This document shows, piece after piece, positions 1 to 9,284 of a stretch of DNA of 64,000 nt. Both the position numbers and the translations under genes were made by a program. The notes under the pieces were generated by a model that ran no database searches, had not been told where the DNA came from, and was given only the letters and a program-made list of their open reading frames with translations. The DNA is from a phage. The stretch lies in assembly GCA_011939005.1 (NCBI GenBank), contig GCA_011939005.1_4858.1; one strand, 5' to 3'. Position 1 is the first letter of the stretch, and the number at the start of each line of letters is the position of its first letter.

Positions 1-319
1 CGGTAAATCAGCGTCGGGTTCTCCAGATAGTTCAGCCAGTCCGCAAGGTGTTCCATAATCCACCCGTACACTTTAATCCCGTCATGCGGGTCGTGTACAT
101 CTAACGCACCACCGGTCGCTAAATACTCAGCAGCTTCCGAGGGGTGCAGATAGATAGGCTTCATGTTCAGTAACAACGCTTGTCGTTTCTTCGGGTCTTC
201 TGGCAAGAACAATCCGTGTTCCTGACTGGCGTAGGTTGTGATGGTTGCGTATTCCGGTACCCGGAAGAACACCCACGCTTTAAACAGCATAAATGCTGCA
301 CTGCGCTTCTTCTCCGACA
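1..319 (-). CDS. hypothetical protein (3' end cut by window edge)
   Basis: Open frame running off position 1; ATG at 319-317 with GAGGT about 5 nt upstream on minus strand. Confidence 0.4.
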
Positions 320-322
320 TTA

Positions 323-1678
323 CTACCTCGCGTATTTCAAAATCACGTAGACCATCGGGACGTAATAGAACTGACTGTCCTTCGGTAAAGCCAGCACCAA
401 TTCTGCTAAACGTGCAGCCACTTCACTAGGTACTGGTTGTTTGTTCAGATACAGGTACAAACAATGCTCCAGAACCGAGCTGTACGAGCCGCTATAGAAC
501 GTTTCGCTTAACAGGTAGGGTTTATACGTCAACGGCAGAAAAGCCACCATATCCTCGCCTGCGTTGCCCTGATACTCAGGGAACATAACCGGTTCGAATG
601 CTTCGAACTCTGGCCACTCCCCATCGTACGTTGCCAACTGACGAATCTGTGATGTAAAGTAACGCGTCGAACTGAACTGTGACCATGCAATAGTGTTGCG
701 GGTCTGCATCGTTCTGAATGTGCGCGGGTTAACTGCGCTGCATTCTTTCTCGACGTACGGTAGCAGTTCTGGCTGTTGATTTAACAACACCGTGAACAGT
801 GTTTCGATATCCTGCACAGGTTTCGGCGGGTGTGGGTAAATACGGATATCTTTACCAACGGTTCGAAGACCAATAGCCTTCACAAACATCGCCAAGAAGA
901 CGTCGTAGTAGCCACCTGCCTTTAACCCGTCGAGTTTCCAGTCGCGTGGATAAGCAAGGGTTTCTAAACTGGTATCGTAGAAACGGCGAACAAACGTCGT
1001 CTCAATGTCCTTAATGCGGTCTCCCAGCTCCAGGAACGTACGATACTCGTTGGGGGTCAGTAAGGTATCACCACCGGTCCACGCGCGCTCACGGACGTAA
1101 TGGAGCGTTCTCACAGTGCACAGACGAATCGTCTCTGCAATCTGCGGTGTAATCTCGTACAACATCGTGTAACGTATCTGGTACGTTGCAATTTTGTTGT
1201 TCGACATTCGGGTAACGGCAGTGATGTTAAACAGTCCGTGTCGATGGTCGCCTATCGGCGCAACAAAGAAGTCACCCTCGTTCGGTGTAATCGATGCTAC
1301 CAGGGTCGACGTCCCGGTCAGTTCGAAAGTCTTACGTTGTTCGTCCTGCGTACGGTCGAGCGGTGCGTTAACACGTAATGACAGATTAACAATCTTAAGC
1401 AGCTGTTGCGTAGGGCTGTCATTCTGAGTATCGAACATCGTCTTCGGATCGTTGCGACCCGACAACGCGTGATAAAAATCAACCGGCCATTCAGAACCTT
1501 CGTTGTATTGCAGGAGATACTGTTTCGGAATCCTGTCGAAGTCCGTTACCGTGGTGCGGGTTGGAATCGTTACCAAGTTGCTGGCTTCTTTTACCCCGTC
1601 CTGCGGTTTATTGATAATCGGAATCTCAGGTTCAACAGGAACGAATTTAGTATCACCCCTCTTGTTCGCCTTGAGCAT
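323..1678 (-). CDS. hypothetical protein (451 aa)
   Basis: Long ORF; AGAGGAG Shine-Dalgarno upstream of ATG; start overlaps end of upstream gene. Confidence 0.55.
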   Translation of the reverse strand: MLKANKRGDTKFVPVEPEIPIINKPQDGVKEASNLVTIPTRTTVTDFDRIPKQYLLQYNEGSEWPVDFYHALSGRNDPKTMFDTQNDSPTQQLLKIVNLSLRVNAPLDRTQDEQRKTFELTGTSTLVASITPNEGDFFVAPIGDHRHGLFNITAVTRMSNNKIATYQIRYTMLYEITPQIAETIRLCTVRTLHYVRERAWTGGDTLLTPNEYRTFLELGDRIKDIETTFVRRFYDTSLETLAYPRDWKLDGLKAGGYYDVFLAMFVKAIGLRTVGKDIRIYPHPPKPVQDIETLFTVLLNQQPELLPYVEKECSAVNPRTFRTMQTRNTIAWSQFSSTRYFTSQIRQLATYDGEWPEFEAFEPVMFPEYQGNAGEDMVAFLPLTYKPYLLSETFYSGSYSSVLEHCLYLYLNKQPVPSEVAARLAELVLALPKDSQFYYVPMVYVILKYAR

Positions 1679-3155
1679 TATCGGCTCCTCTGATGGCTAT
1701 AATCGTGGTATTAAATTGCGTCAACAGGACACGGCGATAGAACTTCGTGATTTCATCAATCACACTTGGTGGTAACACAGGTTTATCCCACCACCAATCC
1801 GGGCAATCCCAATCTGGGAATAACCACTCAATAAGCACTTTTGCCGCTTTTGGATAAAGATGCAGTGGCCATAAGTCCATATTACGCCAGTCGTGTATTG
1901 CCGACTCTGTTAAGTAGTACGCTTTCTCGACATGAACTTCACGGTTACGTAGCGAGAAGACACCGTTTTCCCAATGGTAGAAACGTGGTTCAATGATTTG
2001 ACCATTCTCGAACAATTCCATACGGATAATGCCCGTCTGACCTGTCGGGTCTATCGTGCGACAGTGCTCGATATAAGGAACCACGTCGGCATTCCAGACA
2101 TACGGTAAATCATCGATACTACAAACCTCAGGGTCGATCATGTTTTCTTCACCGAAGGCTACATCGGTGCCGAACACATGCAGAAGCTTTGCTTTTAGCG
2201 GCGAGTGTGTACGTTCGAACTGTTCTGTCGGTGACAGCAGATACGGTAGGCGTAAGAACTGGCGAGATTCATTAATCCACCAAGTGCCGTCAAGGTTCTT
2301 TTGCTGTTGGTGACGTTGCACGCCCTCTTCATTACTCACAAACGGTGGGTCTATCTCAGGCCACCATTCATCAGGCAACGGTGTCTGGTTGATAATGTAC
2401 GGGTAGGTAATCACCACCTCTTCGGGTCGCTGATACGAGAAGCGTATAACGAAGCTGGTCTCGTAATGGTTTTCGTCGTTATCCCAGGTAGGAGAGATAA
2501 CATCGTAAACCGTCTCGATACGGGTTGGTGCATAACGCACCGCTAAGACATTCTGGCCACCGGCGACATTGCCTGTGGTGAAAACGTCGGGTGTGAAATG
2601 TGCCTTTAGATAGGCTTTAAAGTCATCGTATTTCGGCACACGGGTCCCTGCGGCGATATAGCATTCGTTCAATAGCTTAAGCGCAGGTTTTGGAATCAAG
2701 TAATACGCTTCGGATTCTGTCATGGTCGAATAGCGACCCATGTCGATAAGTGAATCCAGGCGGTTCGCCCAACGTAACAATTCGTCACGCGATGGGCCGA
2801 CACGCCGTAGCGTGATAGTCACGTTATACATTACGCGGACAGGAGCGGCGCGTACTTGGTCTTCGGGGTTATGGAAGAATGGAATCTCTGCCGCTAACCC
2901 AACTTGACGGTTAATGCGTGCGCGTTCATCACGTTCTTCTTCCACTTCGACGTAGACACGGTTCGGTGCTGAATAGTCCACCGGTGTCTCATCGCCGAGC
3001 GTAGAGCCTGGCTGATGGGCGGTGTTGAAGCTATCCGTGAAAACAACACTGGCACGTTCAATACCAGATTCGTTTAGCACACGTTCTACGACGCCGTCGA
3101 CCACAGCTTTGCGCATGGTCTTGTCCAACGATGGAATTTCAAAATACTGTTGCAT
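1653..3155 (-). CDS. hypothetical protein (500 aa)
   Basis: Long ORF, Trp/Asp-rich; no motif recognised. Confidence 0.55.
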   Translation of the reverse strand: MQQYFEIPSLDKTMRKAVVDGVVERVLNESGIERASVVFTDSFNTAHQPGSTLGDETPVDYSAPNRVYVEVEEERDERARINRQVGLAAEIPFFHNPEDQVRAAPVRVMYNVTITLRRVGPSRDELLRWANRLDSLIDMGRYSTMTESEAYYLIPKPALKLLNECYIAAGTRVPKYDDFKAYLKAHFTPDVFTTGNVAGGQNVLAVRYAPTRIETVYDVISPTWDNDENHYETSFVIRFSYQRPEEVVITYPYIINQTPLPDEWWPEIDPPFVSNEEGVQRHQQQKNLDGTWWINESRQFLRLPYLLSPTEQFERTHSPLKAKLLHVFGTDVAFGEENMIDPEVCSIDDLPYVWNADVVPYIEHCRTIDPTGQTGIIRMELFENGQIIEPRFYHWENGVFSLRNREVHVEKAYYLTESAIHDWRNMDLWPLHLYPKAAKVLIEWLFPDWDCPDWWWDKPVLPPSVIDEITKFYRRVLLTQFNTTIIAIRGADNAQGEQEG

Positions 3156-3194
3156 TAGCTGTCCCTCGTTGTAGTCATATCACTGGCCTAAAAC

Positions 3195-3230
3195 GCAAAA
3201 AAAAGAAAGGGAGCCGAAACTCCCTTCGTG
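3195..3230 (-). terminator. intrinsic terminator (7-bp stem AAGGGAG/CTCCCTT, then U-run on minus strand)
   Basis: Plus strand shows A8 then hairpin directly after stop of 3233..3562. Confidence 0.6.
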
Positions 3231-3232
3231 TT

Positions 3233-3562
3233 TTAGTGGGCCAGCCAAGCCAGCTGCCACTTCTTACATTTTATTCCGCTGTGCCCAACCGGATTGCGGA
3301 TAATGTCCATCGTTTGCCCGACAACGAATTCAATCATCTTGTCTGATAGCATTTTACCCATCGCGATAGAGAGGGCCGTAATTTGATCAGGGTCATCGAT
3401 GTACGCATAGACCGGCTCATTACTGCCGAAGATAAGATAGAAGGAACCCTCGCACACCACGATTGAGGTCAGTGGCACGATACACCCGGTATACTCTCTC
3501 GCCAGTTCAGCCGCTTTTGGGGTTACTTCCATCACGTAACCCTTAACAGATTTCTTTTCCAC
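3233..3562 (-). CDS. hypothetical protein (109 aa)
   Basis: ORF abutting DHFR gene, followed by terminator. Confidence 0.5.
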   Translation of the reverse strand: MEKKSVKGYVMEVTPKAAELAREYTGCIVPLTSIVVCEGSFYLIFGSNEPVYAYIDDPDQITALSIAMGKMLSDKMIEFVVGQTMDIIRNPVGHSGIKCKKWQLAWLAH

Positions 3563-3563
3563 T

Positions 3564-4115
3564 TTAAACTCCAGCGATACGATTTAAAATTTGATACGTC
3601 CAACGGTGCGTGTGTTTCTGGCCGTCGGGTAAATGGGTCATGGTGTAGTCGACTTGAAAAACATCTCTGTCGATTTCTGGGAAGAAAGCATCTGCACCTT
3701 CAACGGCAATGTCAATACGCGATAGATAAATACGATCCGCACGAGCGAGGGTTTGTTGATAAACTGATGCGCCACCAATAATCATCACCTCTTGCTCTTT
3801 TCCGGTATCTTTCTCGATACGTTCCAGAGCTTTGATGGCTAAATCAATACTCGTGTGAAACGTCACCAAACGCATGTCCGTGTGTTCTTCCCGGCCACTG
3901 ATATACCCTTCTGGGTTACGAGTAACAATTAAGTTGCCGCGGTTAGGCAAAGGACGACAACCTAACGATTCCCAGGTCTTACTGCCCATGATAACGTTCT
4001 TCCCTGTGGTGATTGCCTTAAAGTTAGCCAGGTCGGCAGGCAGACGCCACGGCAGTTCATTGTTTTTACCGATGGCGTTGTTGCGGTCCATCGCGACGAT
4101 AATAGAGAGTTTCAC
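3564..4115 (-). CDS. dihydrofolate reductase
   Basis: N-terminal IVAMDRNNAIG..LPW..DL..F...T.GKNVIMGSKTWESL and later MIIGGASVYQQ match the DHFR fold signature; GTG start. Confidence 0.85.
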   Translation of the reverse strand: MKLSIIVAMDRNNAIGKNNELPWRLPADLANFKAITTGKNVIMGSKTWESLGCRPLPNRGNLIVTRNPEGYISGREEHTDMRLVTFHTSIDLAIKALERIEKDTGKEQEVMIIGGASVYQQTLARADRIYLSRIDIAVEGADAFFPEIDRDVFQVDYTMTHLPDGQKHTHRWTYQILNRIAGV

Positions 4116-4486
4116 GGTTTGCTCCTACGGGCTTTAGATAATTCTTTCATTGCGTGGCGTAAATGGCGACTAAATTCAAGACGGCTATACGAGAATGTCA
4201 CCGGATAGTCCAGAATCACCGACAGTGATACCGTTCTGGCATCCACATCGACCAACAGACTGTTCGTACAGCAACCTGCAAACATCCCACTACCAACCAA
4301 CGGCCTCTTAAGCCTAATAGTTAGCGTACCAAGCCATTCTCTGTCGCCGAGCAGCAACAAGGCCTCTGCCAGGTCTTCTTCAACTACCGCTAGACAGTAT
4401 TCGTCATCTCGTACACGGAGGCGAATCTGCGGTTCTACGTTTGCGGTTTCTGGCGTCATCTCAAATTTAAATTTATCGGTCATCAC
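4112..4486 (-). CDS. hypothetical protein (124 aa)
   Basis: ORF; stop overlaps DHFR start by 4 nt. Confidence 0.5.
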   Translation of the reverse strand: MMTDKFKFEMTPETANVEPQIRLRVRDDEYCLAVVEEDLAEALLLLGDREWLGTLTIRLKRPLVGSGMFAGCCTNSLLVDVDARTVSLSVILDYPVTFSYSRLEFSRHLRHAMKELSKARRSKP

Positions 4487-4492
4487 ACAATC

Positions 4493-4524
4493 CCAAAAAA
4501 GAAGGTGGCATGTTAGGCCACCTT
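4493..4524 (-). terminator. intrinsic terminator
   Basis: Hairpin GGTGGC-atgttag-GCCACC flanked by A6 on plus strand (U-run on minus), downstream of 4531..5076. Confidence 0.6.
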
Positions 4525-4530
4525 ATTAAA

Positions 4531-5076
4531 TCATTGAACCATACGCTGCGCGTCGTAAGACGGTGCGAGGTTCACAACACGACCATGTAGAGTTTGCTCT
4601 GCTTCGTCTAACAGGTCATCACGTACGAGTGTCTGGCGAATATAGAGTGTTGCACGCACCCCTTCTGCATTATAAGGAGCGGTGACCATTTTGGTCTGGT
4701 AACCATCAATCGTCACCGGAACACGCTCACCGTTACGACGAACAAAATGCTCCAACTTACCGTAATCGTGACTGCAGACTTTAGACATGTCAGACAATCC
4801 CGCATCGATTAAATATTTCCAAAGTGCGATGATGCCTTCTGAGCAATGTTTGTTAAGTTCGCCTTCGACGACAAACTCGTACCCACCGTACGTTAGAATG
4901 TGCGTGCCTGCTGAGCGACGGTCACATTCTAAAATAAACACACCTAGACCAATCATAACTGGACGTGGAATTGTCATGACACTGGTACTAAATTGCAGCG
5001 TAGTAACCTCATCCCAAAGGGGCGATGATTTATCGTTACTTACGCTAACAATATCTTTAAGATTGACACGTTTCAT
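4531..5076 (-). CDS. hypothetical protein (181 aa)
   Basis: ORF between terminator and next gene. Confidence 0.5.
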   Translation of the reverse strand: MKRVNLKDIVSVSNDKSSPLWDEVTTLQFSTSVMTIPRPVMIGLGVFILECDRRSAGTHILTYGGYEFVVEGELNKHCSEGIIALWKYLIDAGLSDMSKVCSHDYGKLEHFVRRNGERVPVTIDGYQTKMVTAPYNAEGVRATLYIRQTLVRDDLLDEAEQTLHGRVVNLAPSYDAQRMVQ

Positions 5077-5134
5077 TATAAATACTCCTTAAGATTAATG
5101 GTCGATTACATACGGTTTCGGGCTAACGTAATAT

Positions 5135-5896
5135 TTACGCTGCTGGTTCTTCAGCGGTTTTCACTTCAACTGGTTTCATCAGCGAGTTCGCACAGTCGAA
5201 GATAGCATCCAGGAAACCACGGAACGGCTTCATGGCTTCACGCTGGGCGTTCTGACGTTCTTCTTCAGCTGCGACTTCTTGCGCCTGAATTTCTTCAGCA
5301 GTCAGCTCCGGGTGTTCCGTCATGCTTTCTGCCAGCGTCATCACTTTCGGCTGCGCATTCCGAATCGGAATACGGCGGATGACCTTGGTGATGTTCCCGA
5401 GCTTCATGCCACCCAGCACGGTTTCGAACAGCGTACCGAAATCCTGCAGTGGATCTTCGCTGACTTCCAGTACCGCCGGAGTCGCAACCAGACCAATGGC
5501 AATGACCAGTTCAACAACAGTGTCAGTGACGTGCACAGCGAACGGGGTGTCTTCCATCTGCAGGTAAGTGTTACCATTATAGGTCACCGGAATGAATTTG
5601 ATTTCTTCCCCTTTCTTCAGTCGCAGTGTATCGACTGCGGCTTTGTACTGAACTTCGTACAGTTCCGGTTTAACACCGTCAACGTTATCCAGTGTAAAGA
5701 GCAGGTCACCAACCGCCATACGGCGCGGCAGTTTGCGTTTGTTGATTTCGCGCAGCCAGACTTGTAAGCCTGTGAATTGAATTGGGGACAGTATAATTTT
5801 AAAGCCGTTGGTTGCTTGCAGGATAGCACCGTCGTCTTCGTTACGTTCGATAGAGCCATTAGCCAGAGTGAGCAGATTGATAGTTTTCATTTTCAT
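5135..5896 (-). CDS. hypothetical protein (253 aa), acidic C-terminus
   Basis: ORF; motif AGGTAATATATATCT 48-63 nt upstream of start. Confidence 0.5.
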   Translation of the reverse strand: MKMKTINLLTLANGSIERNEDDGAILQATNGFKIILSPIQFTGLQVWLREINKRKLPRRMAVGDLLFTLDNVDGVKPELYEVQYKAAVDTLRLKKGEEIKFIPVTYNGNTYLQMEDTPFAVHVTDTVVELVIAIGLVATPAVLEVSEDPLQDFGTLFETVLGGMKLGNITKVIRRIPIRNAQPKVMTLAESMTEHPELTAEEIQAQEVAAEEERQNAQREAMKPFRGFLDAIFDCANSLMKPVEVKTAEEPAA

Positions 5897-5943
5897 ATTC
5901 CTTAAGTGATAGTCGGTTAAAAGATTACCAATGCAATCTCACC

Positions 5944-5959
5944 TAGGTAATATATATCT
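5944..5959. promoter_or_regulatory. conserved near-palindromic promoter-like motif (variant AGGTAATATATATCT)
   Basis: Member of recurrent AGATAATATCTATCT family, upstream of minus-strand gene start at 5896. Confidence 0.4.
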
Positions 5960-5980
5960 GAAATCTTTTCTAATCCGAGA

Positions 5981-6020
5981 CAAAAAAAGAAAGGGTAAAT
6001 CCCCCACCGAAGTGGGGGAT
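5981..6020 (-). terminator. intrinsic terminator with UUCG loop on minus strand
   Basis: CCCCCAC-cgaa-GTGGGGG hairpin with A7 on plus strand, downstream of 6033..7292. Confidence 0.5.
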
Positions 6021-6032
6021 TCGCCAGTCTAA

Positions 6033-7292
6033 TTACTTAGACTTTTCGTACGCACCGATACCAGCGCTGATGTAGCCGTTAACGCCGGCGATCAGGTTTT
6101 TCTGGCCGGTTGCAACGCAACGTTCGGTCCAGGAGATGTACTGGTTCGCAACGGTGATTGCACGACGTGCAACACGGACGTTGGAAGTCAGTTCTGCGTT
6201 GTCGTCGATCTTCACGCCGTCGATACGTTTCAGCAGTTTCTCAATAGCCTGCTCGTAACGCTCTTGAGCCTGGTTATTTTTGTGGTATGCTTTCACGTTC
6301 TCTTCGACTGCTTTACCCAGCTGGTTGAAGAACGCAACCAGGGAAGACAGAGTCTGAGCAGACGGAGTAGAAACAGACTGCTCTACGCTACCTTCGGCGT
6401 CGATAACAGTGAAGGAAGCTTCCAGGTCATCCCCATTCACTTTCACTTCGGCTTTACCGATCTGGTTGCCCAGCAGCTGAACTTCGCCCGCTTTACCTGC
6501 GGTTGCTTTGTTAACCGCTGCTGCAAAGCCAGAGCCCAGTTTGCCGCCTTCAACTGCGCCAACCATAGCGGTAGCGGCTGCAACAACTGCATCCTGCTCA
6601 GCGTAAATGCTGCCGATAGAAGACATAACGCCTTTCAGGGTGTTGATGTCGTCACCGACGAACTTACCACCGGTGGTCAGGTTCTTAATGAACCCACCGC
6701 TAACGGTGTCTTTCTTCTGCTTGCCCAGGCCACGCAGAGCAGCGTCATATTTCTTAGCACGCGCCTGAATGGATTTACCCTGGTTGCTGAACTTCAGCCA
6801 ACGGTCTTTAACCTTACGGCCTTGTTCTTTCAGCCAGTCGTAGATGCGCTGCAGGAACGCTTTGATGTCGTCCCACAGGCTTTCACGAGCAACCTGGCGG
6901 CGCTTACGTGCACCGTAAGATTCCTGCGCGACGCTTACGCGGTGGTCGAATGCCCAACGTTTACGGATAGATTCCTGCGCAACGTCCAGCTGCTCAGCAG
7001 CTTCGTCAGGCATATCTTCTTCCACTTCCATTGGCTCTTCGCCATCTTCACCTTCACCGTCAGCGGCAGCTTCAGCAGCATCGACTGCTTCCAGCTGCGC
7101 GTCGGTTTCGTCGCCGTCTTCTGCCAGCACATCTGCTTCAGCATCCAGCTGGTCGATCGGTTTGGTGTCGTGCTCGATGTCAGCCAGAGTACCTTCTACG
7201 GACTCAGCCGGCAGCTCGATACCGTCCGGAACGACAGTACCTGTACCTTCGACAGATTCACGCGCGAGTTTACTTTTTACAAAGTTTGCCAT
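6033..7292 (-). CDS. acidic paralog A of tandem pair (possible virion or internal protein)
   Basis: N-terminus MANFVKSKLARESVE and C-terminus GYISAGIGAYEKSK shared with 7370..8647; Asp/Glu-rich middle. Confidence 0.6.
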   Translation of the reverse strand: MANFVKSKLARESVEGTGTVVPDGIELPAESVEGTLADIEHDTKPIDQLDAEADVLAEDGDETDAQLEAVDAAEAAADGEGEDGEEPMEVEEDMPDEAAEQLDVAQESIRKRWAFDHRVSVAQESYGARKRRQVARESLWDDIKAFLQRIYDWLKEQGRKVKDRWLKFSNQGKSIQARAKKYDAALRGLGKQKKDTVSGGFIKNLTTGGKFVGDDINTLKGVMSSIGSIYAEQDAVVAAATAMVGAVEGGKLGSGFAAAVNKATAGKAGEVQLLGNQIGKAEVKVNGDDLEASFTVIDAEGSVEQSVSTPSAQTLSSLVAFFNQLGKAVEENVKAYHKNNQAQERYEQAIEKLLKRIDGVKIDDNAELTSNVRVARRAITVANQYISWTERCVATGQKNLIAGVNGYISAGIGAYEKSK

Positions 7293-7369
7293 CTTTTTCT
7301 ATCCTCTAGGCGGTACGCCGTGTACCGCCATTAATGATTTGTCAACCGACGTTTGGTACGTAAAGCGGA

Positions 7370-8647
7370 TTAAGCTTTAGACTTTTCGTACGCGCCGATA
7401 CCAGCACCGATGTAGCCGTTCAGACCGCTGATAACAGTGTTACCAACATGCGCCACGGCACGGTTCAGAGTCTGGTAGTTACGCACAGCCTGGTCGGCTG
7501 CAGTACGTGCATTACGCAGTGCTTCCCACTCGCCTTCGTCGTTGGATTTATCCAGGGCAGCAGCAGCTTTGGCAGCAGCCTGCTCCAGTTTCTCAACTTC
7601 GGCGTCATAGGAGCGGAAGTCCTGCAGCACTTTCTCGAAACCTTTACCGATCGCATCAAGAGCGGTTGCTGCAGACGCCAGTGCGGTAATTGCCGGGGTA
7701 GCAATCTCTTTCGTGTCGGTAGAGTCGCCAGTTGACAGGAACGCCACCGCAGTGTACTCCTGGCCGCCGGCCAGAGTTTTGCTACCGATCTGCACATAGG
7801 CGTTGCCTGGCAGTGCCAGAACTTTCTGACCGCCTTCGCCATCTTCGAACTGCGGCAGGGTGCGCAGTTTCTTAGCAGCGGTACCGAACAGGGCAACATC
7901 AACAGCGCCTTTAGCAGCCGTTGCAGTACCTTCTGCAGTTTTGGTGATCGCTACGGCAGAGTCAGCCGCCTGAGAGGACAGCTTGTTGATAGCGTCTTTC
8001 GCTTTACCGCCGGTCAGCTCTTTCGCGATAGCGATGGAGTTGGCCACATCGAAGTCGCCTTCGATAGACAGTTTGCTAATAAAGCCGCCAGAGATGTTTT
8101 CTTTCTTCTGCTTACCGAGCTTACGCAGCATCTCTTGGTAAGCTTTCGCACGTTTCTGTGCAGACTTACCAACGTTGATGTATTTCAGTTTCAGCTCTTT
8201 CGCTTTCGCGATAACTGCTTTACACAGTTCAACGAAGCGCTTGAACAGATCTTTCAGGGTTTCTTTCCAGCCTTCCTGAGCTGCTTTGGTCATGCCACGG
8301 CCACGGCGATAAGATTCGCGCGCCAGTTTGGTACGATCGATAGCCCAACGCTTACGGATAGATTCCTGCGCCACTTCGGTGTGAGCGATGGCTTCTTCAG
8401 GCATCTCTTCACCGTTTTCGATTTTTTCGTCAGCAGCGTCGATAGCAGCTTCGGTACGCTCGGTATCAGCAGCCAGAGTTTCCTGGTCACCATCGAGCTG
8501 TTCCAGCTGACCGTCAATAGACGCAACTTCTGCCAGCTGAACGTCGATGTTCTCTTCTGCCGGTTCAACGTTGCTCAGACCGTCGATTACGTCGCCGGTA
8601 GCTTCAACGGACTCGCGGGCGAGTTTACTTTTTACAAAGTTTGCCAT
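7370..8647 (-). CDS. acidic paralog B of tandem pair
   Basis: Same N- and C-terminal blocks as 6033..7292 with a divergent central region. Confidence 0.6.
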   Translation of the reverse strand: MANFVKSKLARESVEATGDVIDGLSNVEPAEENIDVQLAEVASIDGQLEQLDGDQETLAADTERTEAAIDAADEKIENGEEMPEEAIAHTEVAQESIRKRWAIDRTKLARESYRRGRGMTKAAQEGWKETLKDLFKRFVELCKAVIAKAKELKLKYINVGKSAQKRAKAYQEMLRKLGKQKKENISGGFISKLSIEGDFDVANSIAIAKELTGGKAKDAINKLSSQAADSAVAITKTAEGTATAAKGAVDVALFGTAAKKLRTLPQFEDGEGGQKVLALPGNAYVQIGSKTLAGGQEYTAVAFLSTGDSTDTKEIATPAITALASAATALDAIGKGFEKVLQDFRSYDAEVEKLEQAAAKAAAALDKSNDEGEWEALRNARTAADQAVRNYQTLNRAVAHVGNTVISGLNGYIGAGIGAYEKSKA

Positions 8648-8703
8648 TTGTTTCGGTTCCTTTGGTTATAACCCAATTACACGCCCCTAGATAAGGGGCC
8701 CCC

Positions 8704-9261
8704 TTAGGGACGTGCGATTTTTAAAAACACTGCTAACGACGAGATCATATCGGATAACCCGTTCGGACGTGTCAACCAACGTGCCAGCAGTTCGTGGTCT
8801 GCATAAGATAATAGACGCCGGTCAGGCGTGTACGTCTGATGCGCAGTTCCCATACGGCGAACTTGCCCACTACGACCGTAAGCCGCAGCAAGAAGTCGTG
8901 AGCCCAGGGAACCGGTTCGCTCTACTTGCTTAGTAGAGTGGATATCGTTCATGTACGATACCAGAAGAACGGACCACTGTCCTGTTGACACTGTACGGCG
9001 TTTACCGTCAAGTATGAACGATGCAGATTCGTTATAAAACGTATTAAACGTAAAACCGACCTGCGGATATTCGTCATATAATACTTGTTGGACAGAGTCA
9101 GCGCCCATCATGCGGAAATACGGCAGCACGACGGCTGCAGCTTCCAGGGTTTCATGTATCAGTTCGTCGTCATGAACCAGCACGGGGTTTTGGGTCAGTT
9201 TCGCCATGTAGTTTTTAATCAACTTCTCGGCGAGGTTAAAATTCTGGTCATTGTCAAACAT
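8704..9261 (-). CDS. hypothetical protein (185 aa)
   Basis: ORF. Confidence 0.5.
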   Translation of the reverse strand: MFDNDQNFNLAEKLIKNYMAKLTQNPVLVHDDELIHETLEAAAVVLPYFRMMGADSVQQVLYDEYPQVGFTFNTFYNESASFILDGKRRTVSTGQWSVLLVSYMNDIHSTKQVERTGSLGSRLLAAAYGRSGQVRRMGTAHQTYTPDRRLLSYADHELLARWLTRPNGLSDMISSLAVFLKIARP

Positions 9262-9284
9262 GAGACTCTCCTGATAATACGGTC

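Noticed and set aside
6264-7334. 356-aa plus-strand ORF antisense to paralog A, and similar antisense ORFs at 8135..8671, 5279..5767, 50659..51201, 24766..25218
   Set aside because: All lie wholly inside well-supported minus-strand genes, lack ribosome-binding sites and have low-complexity compositions.
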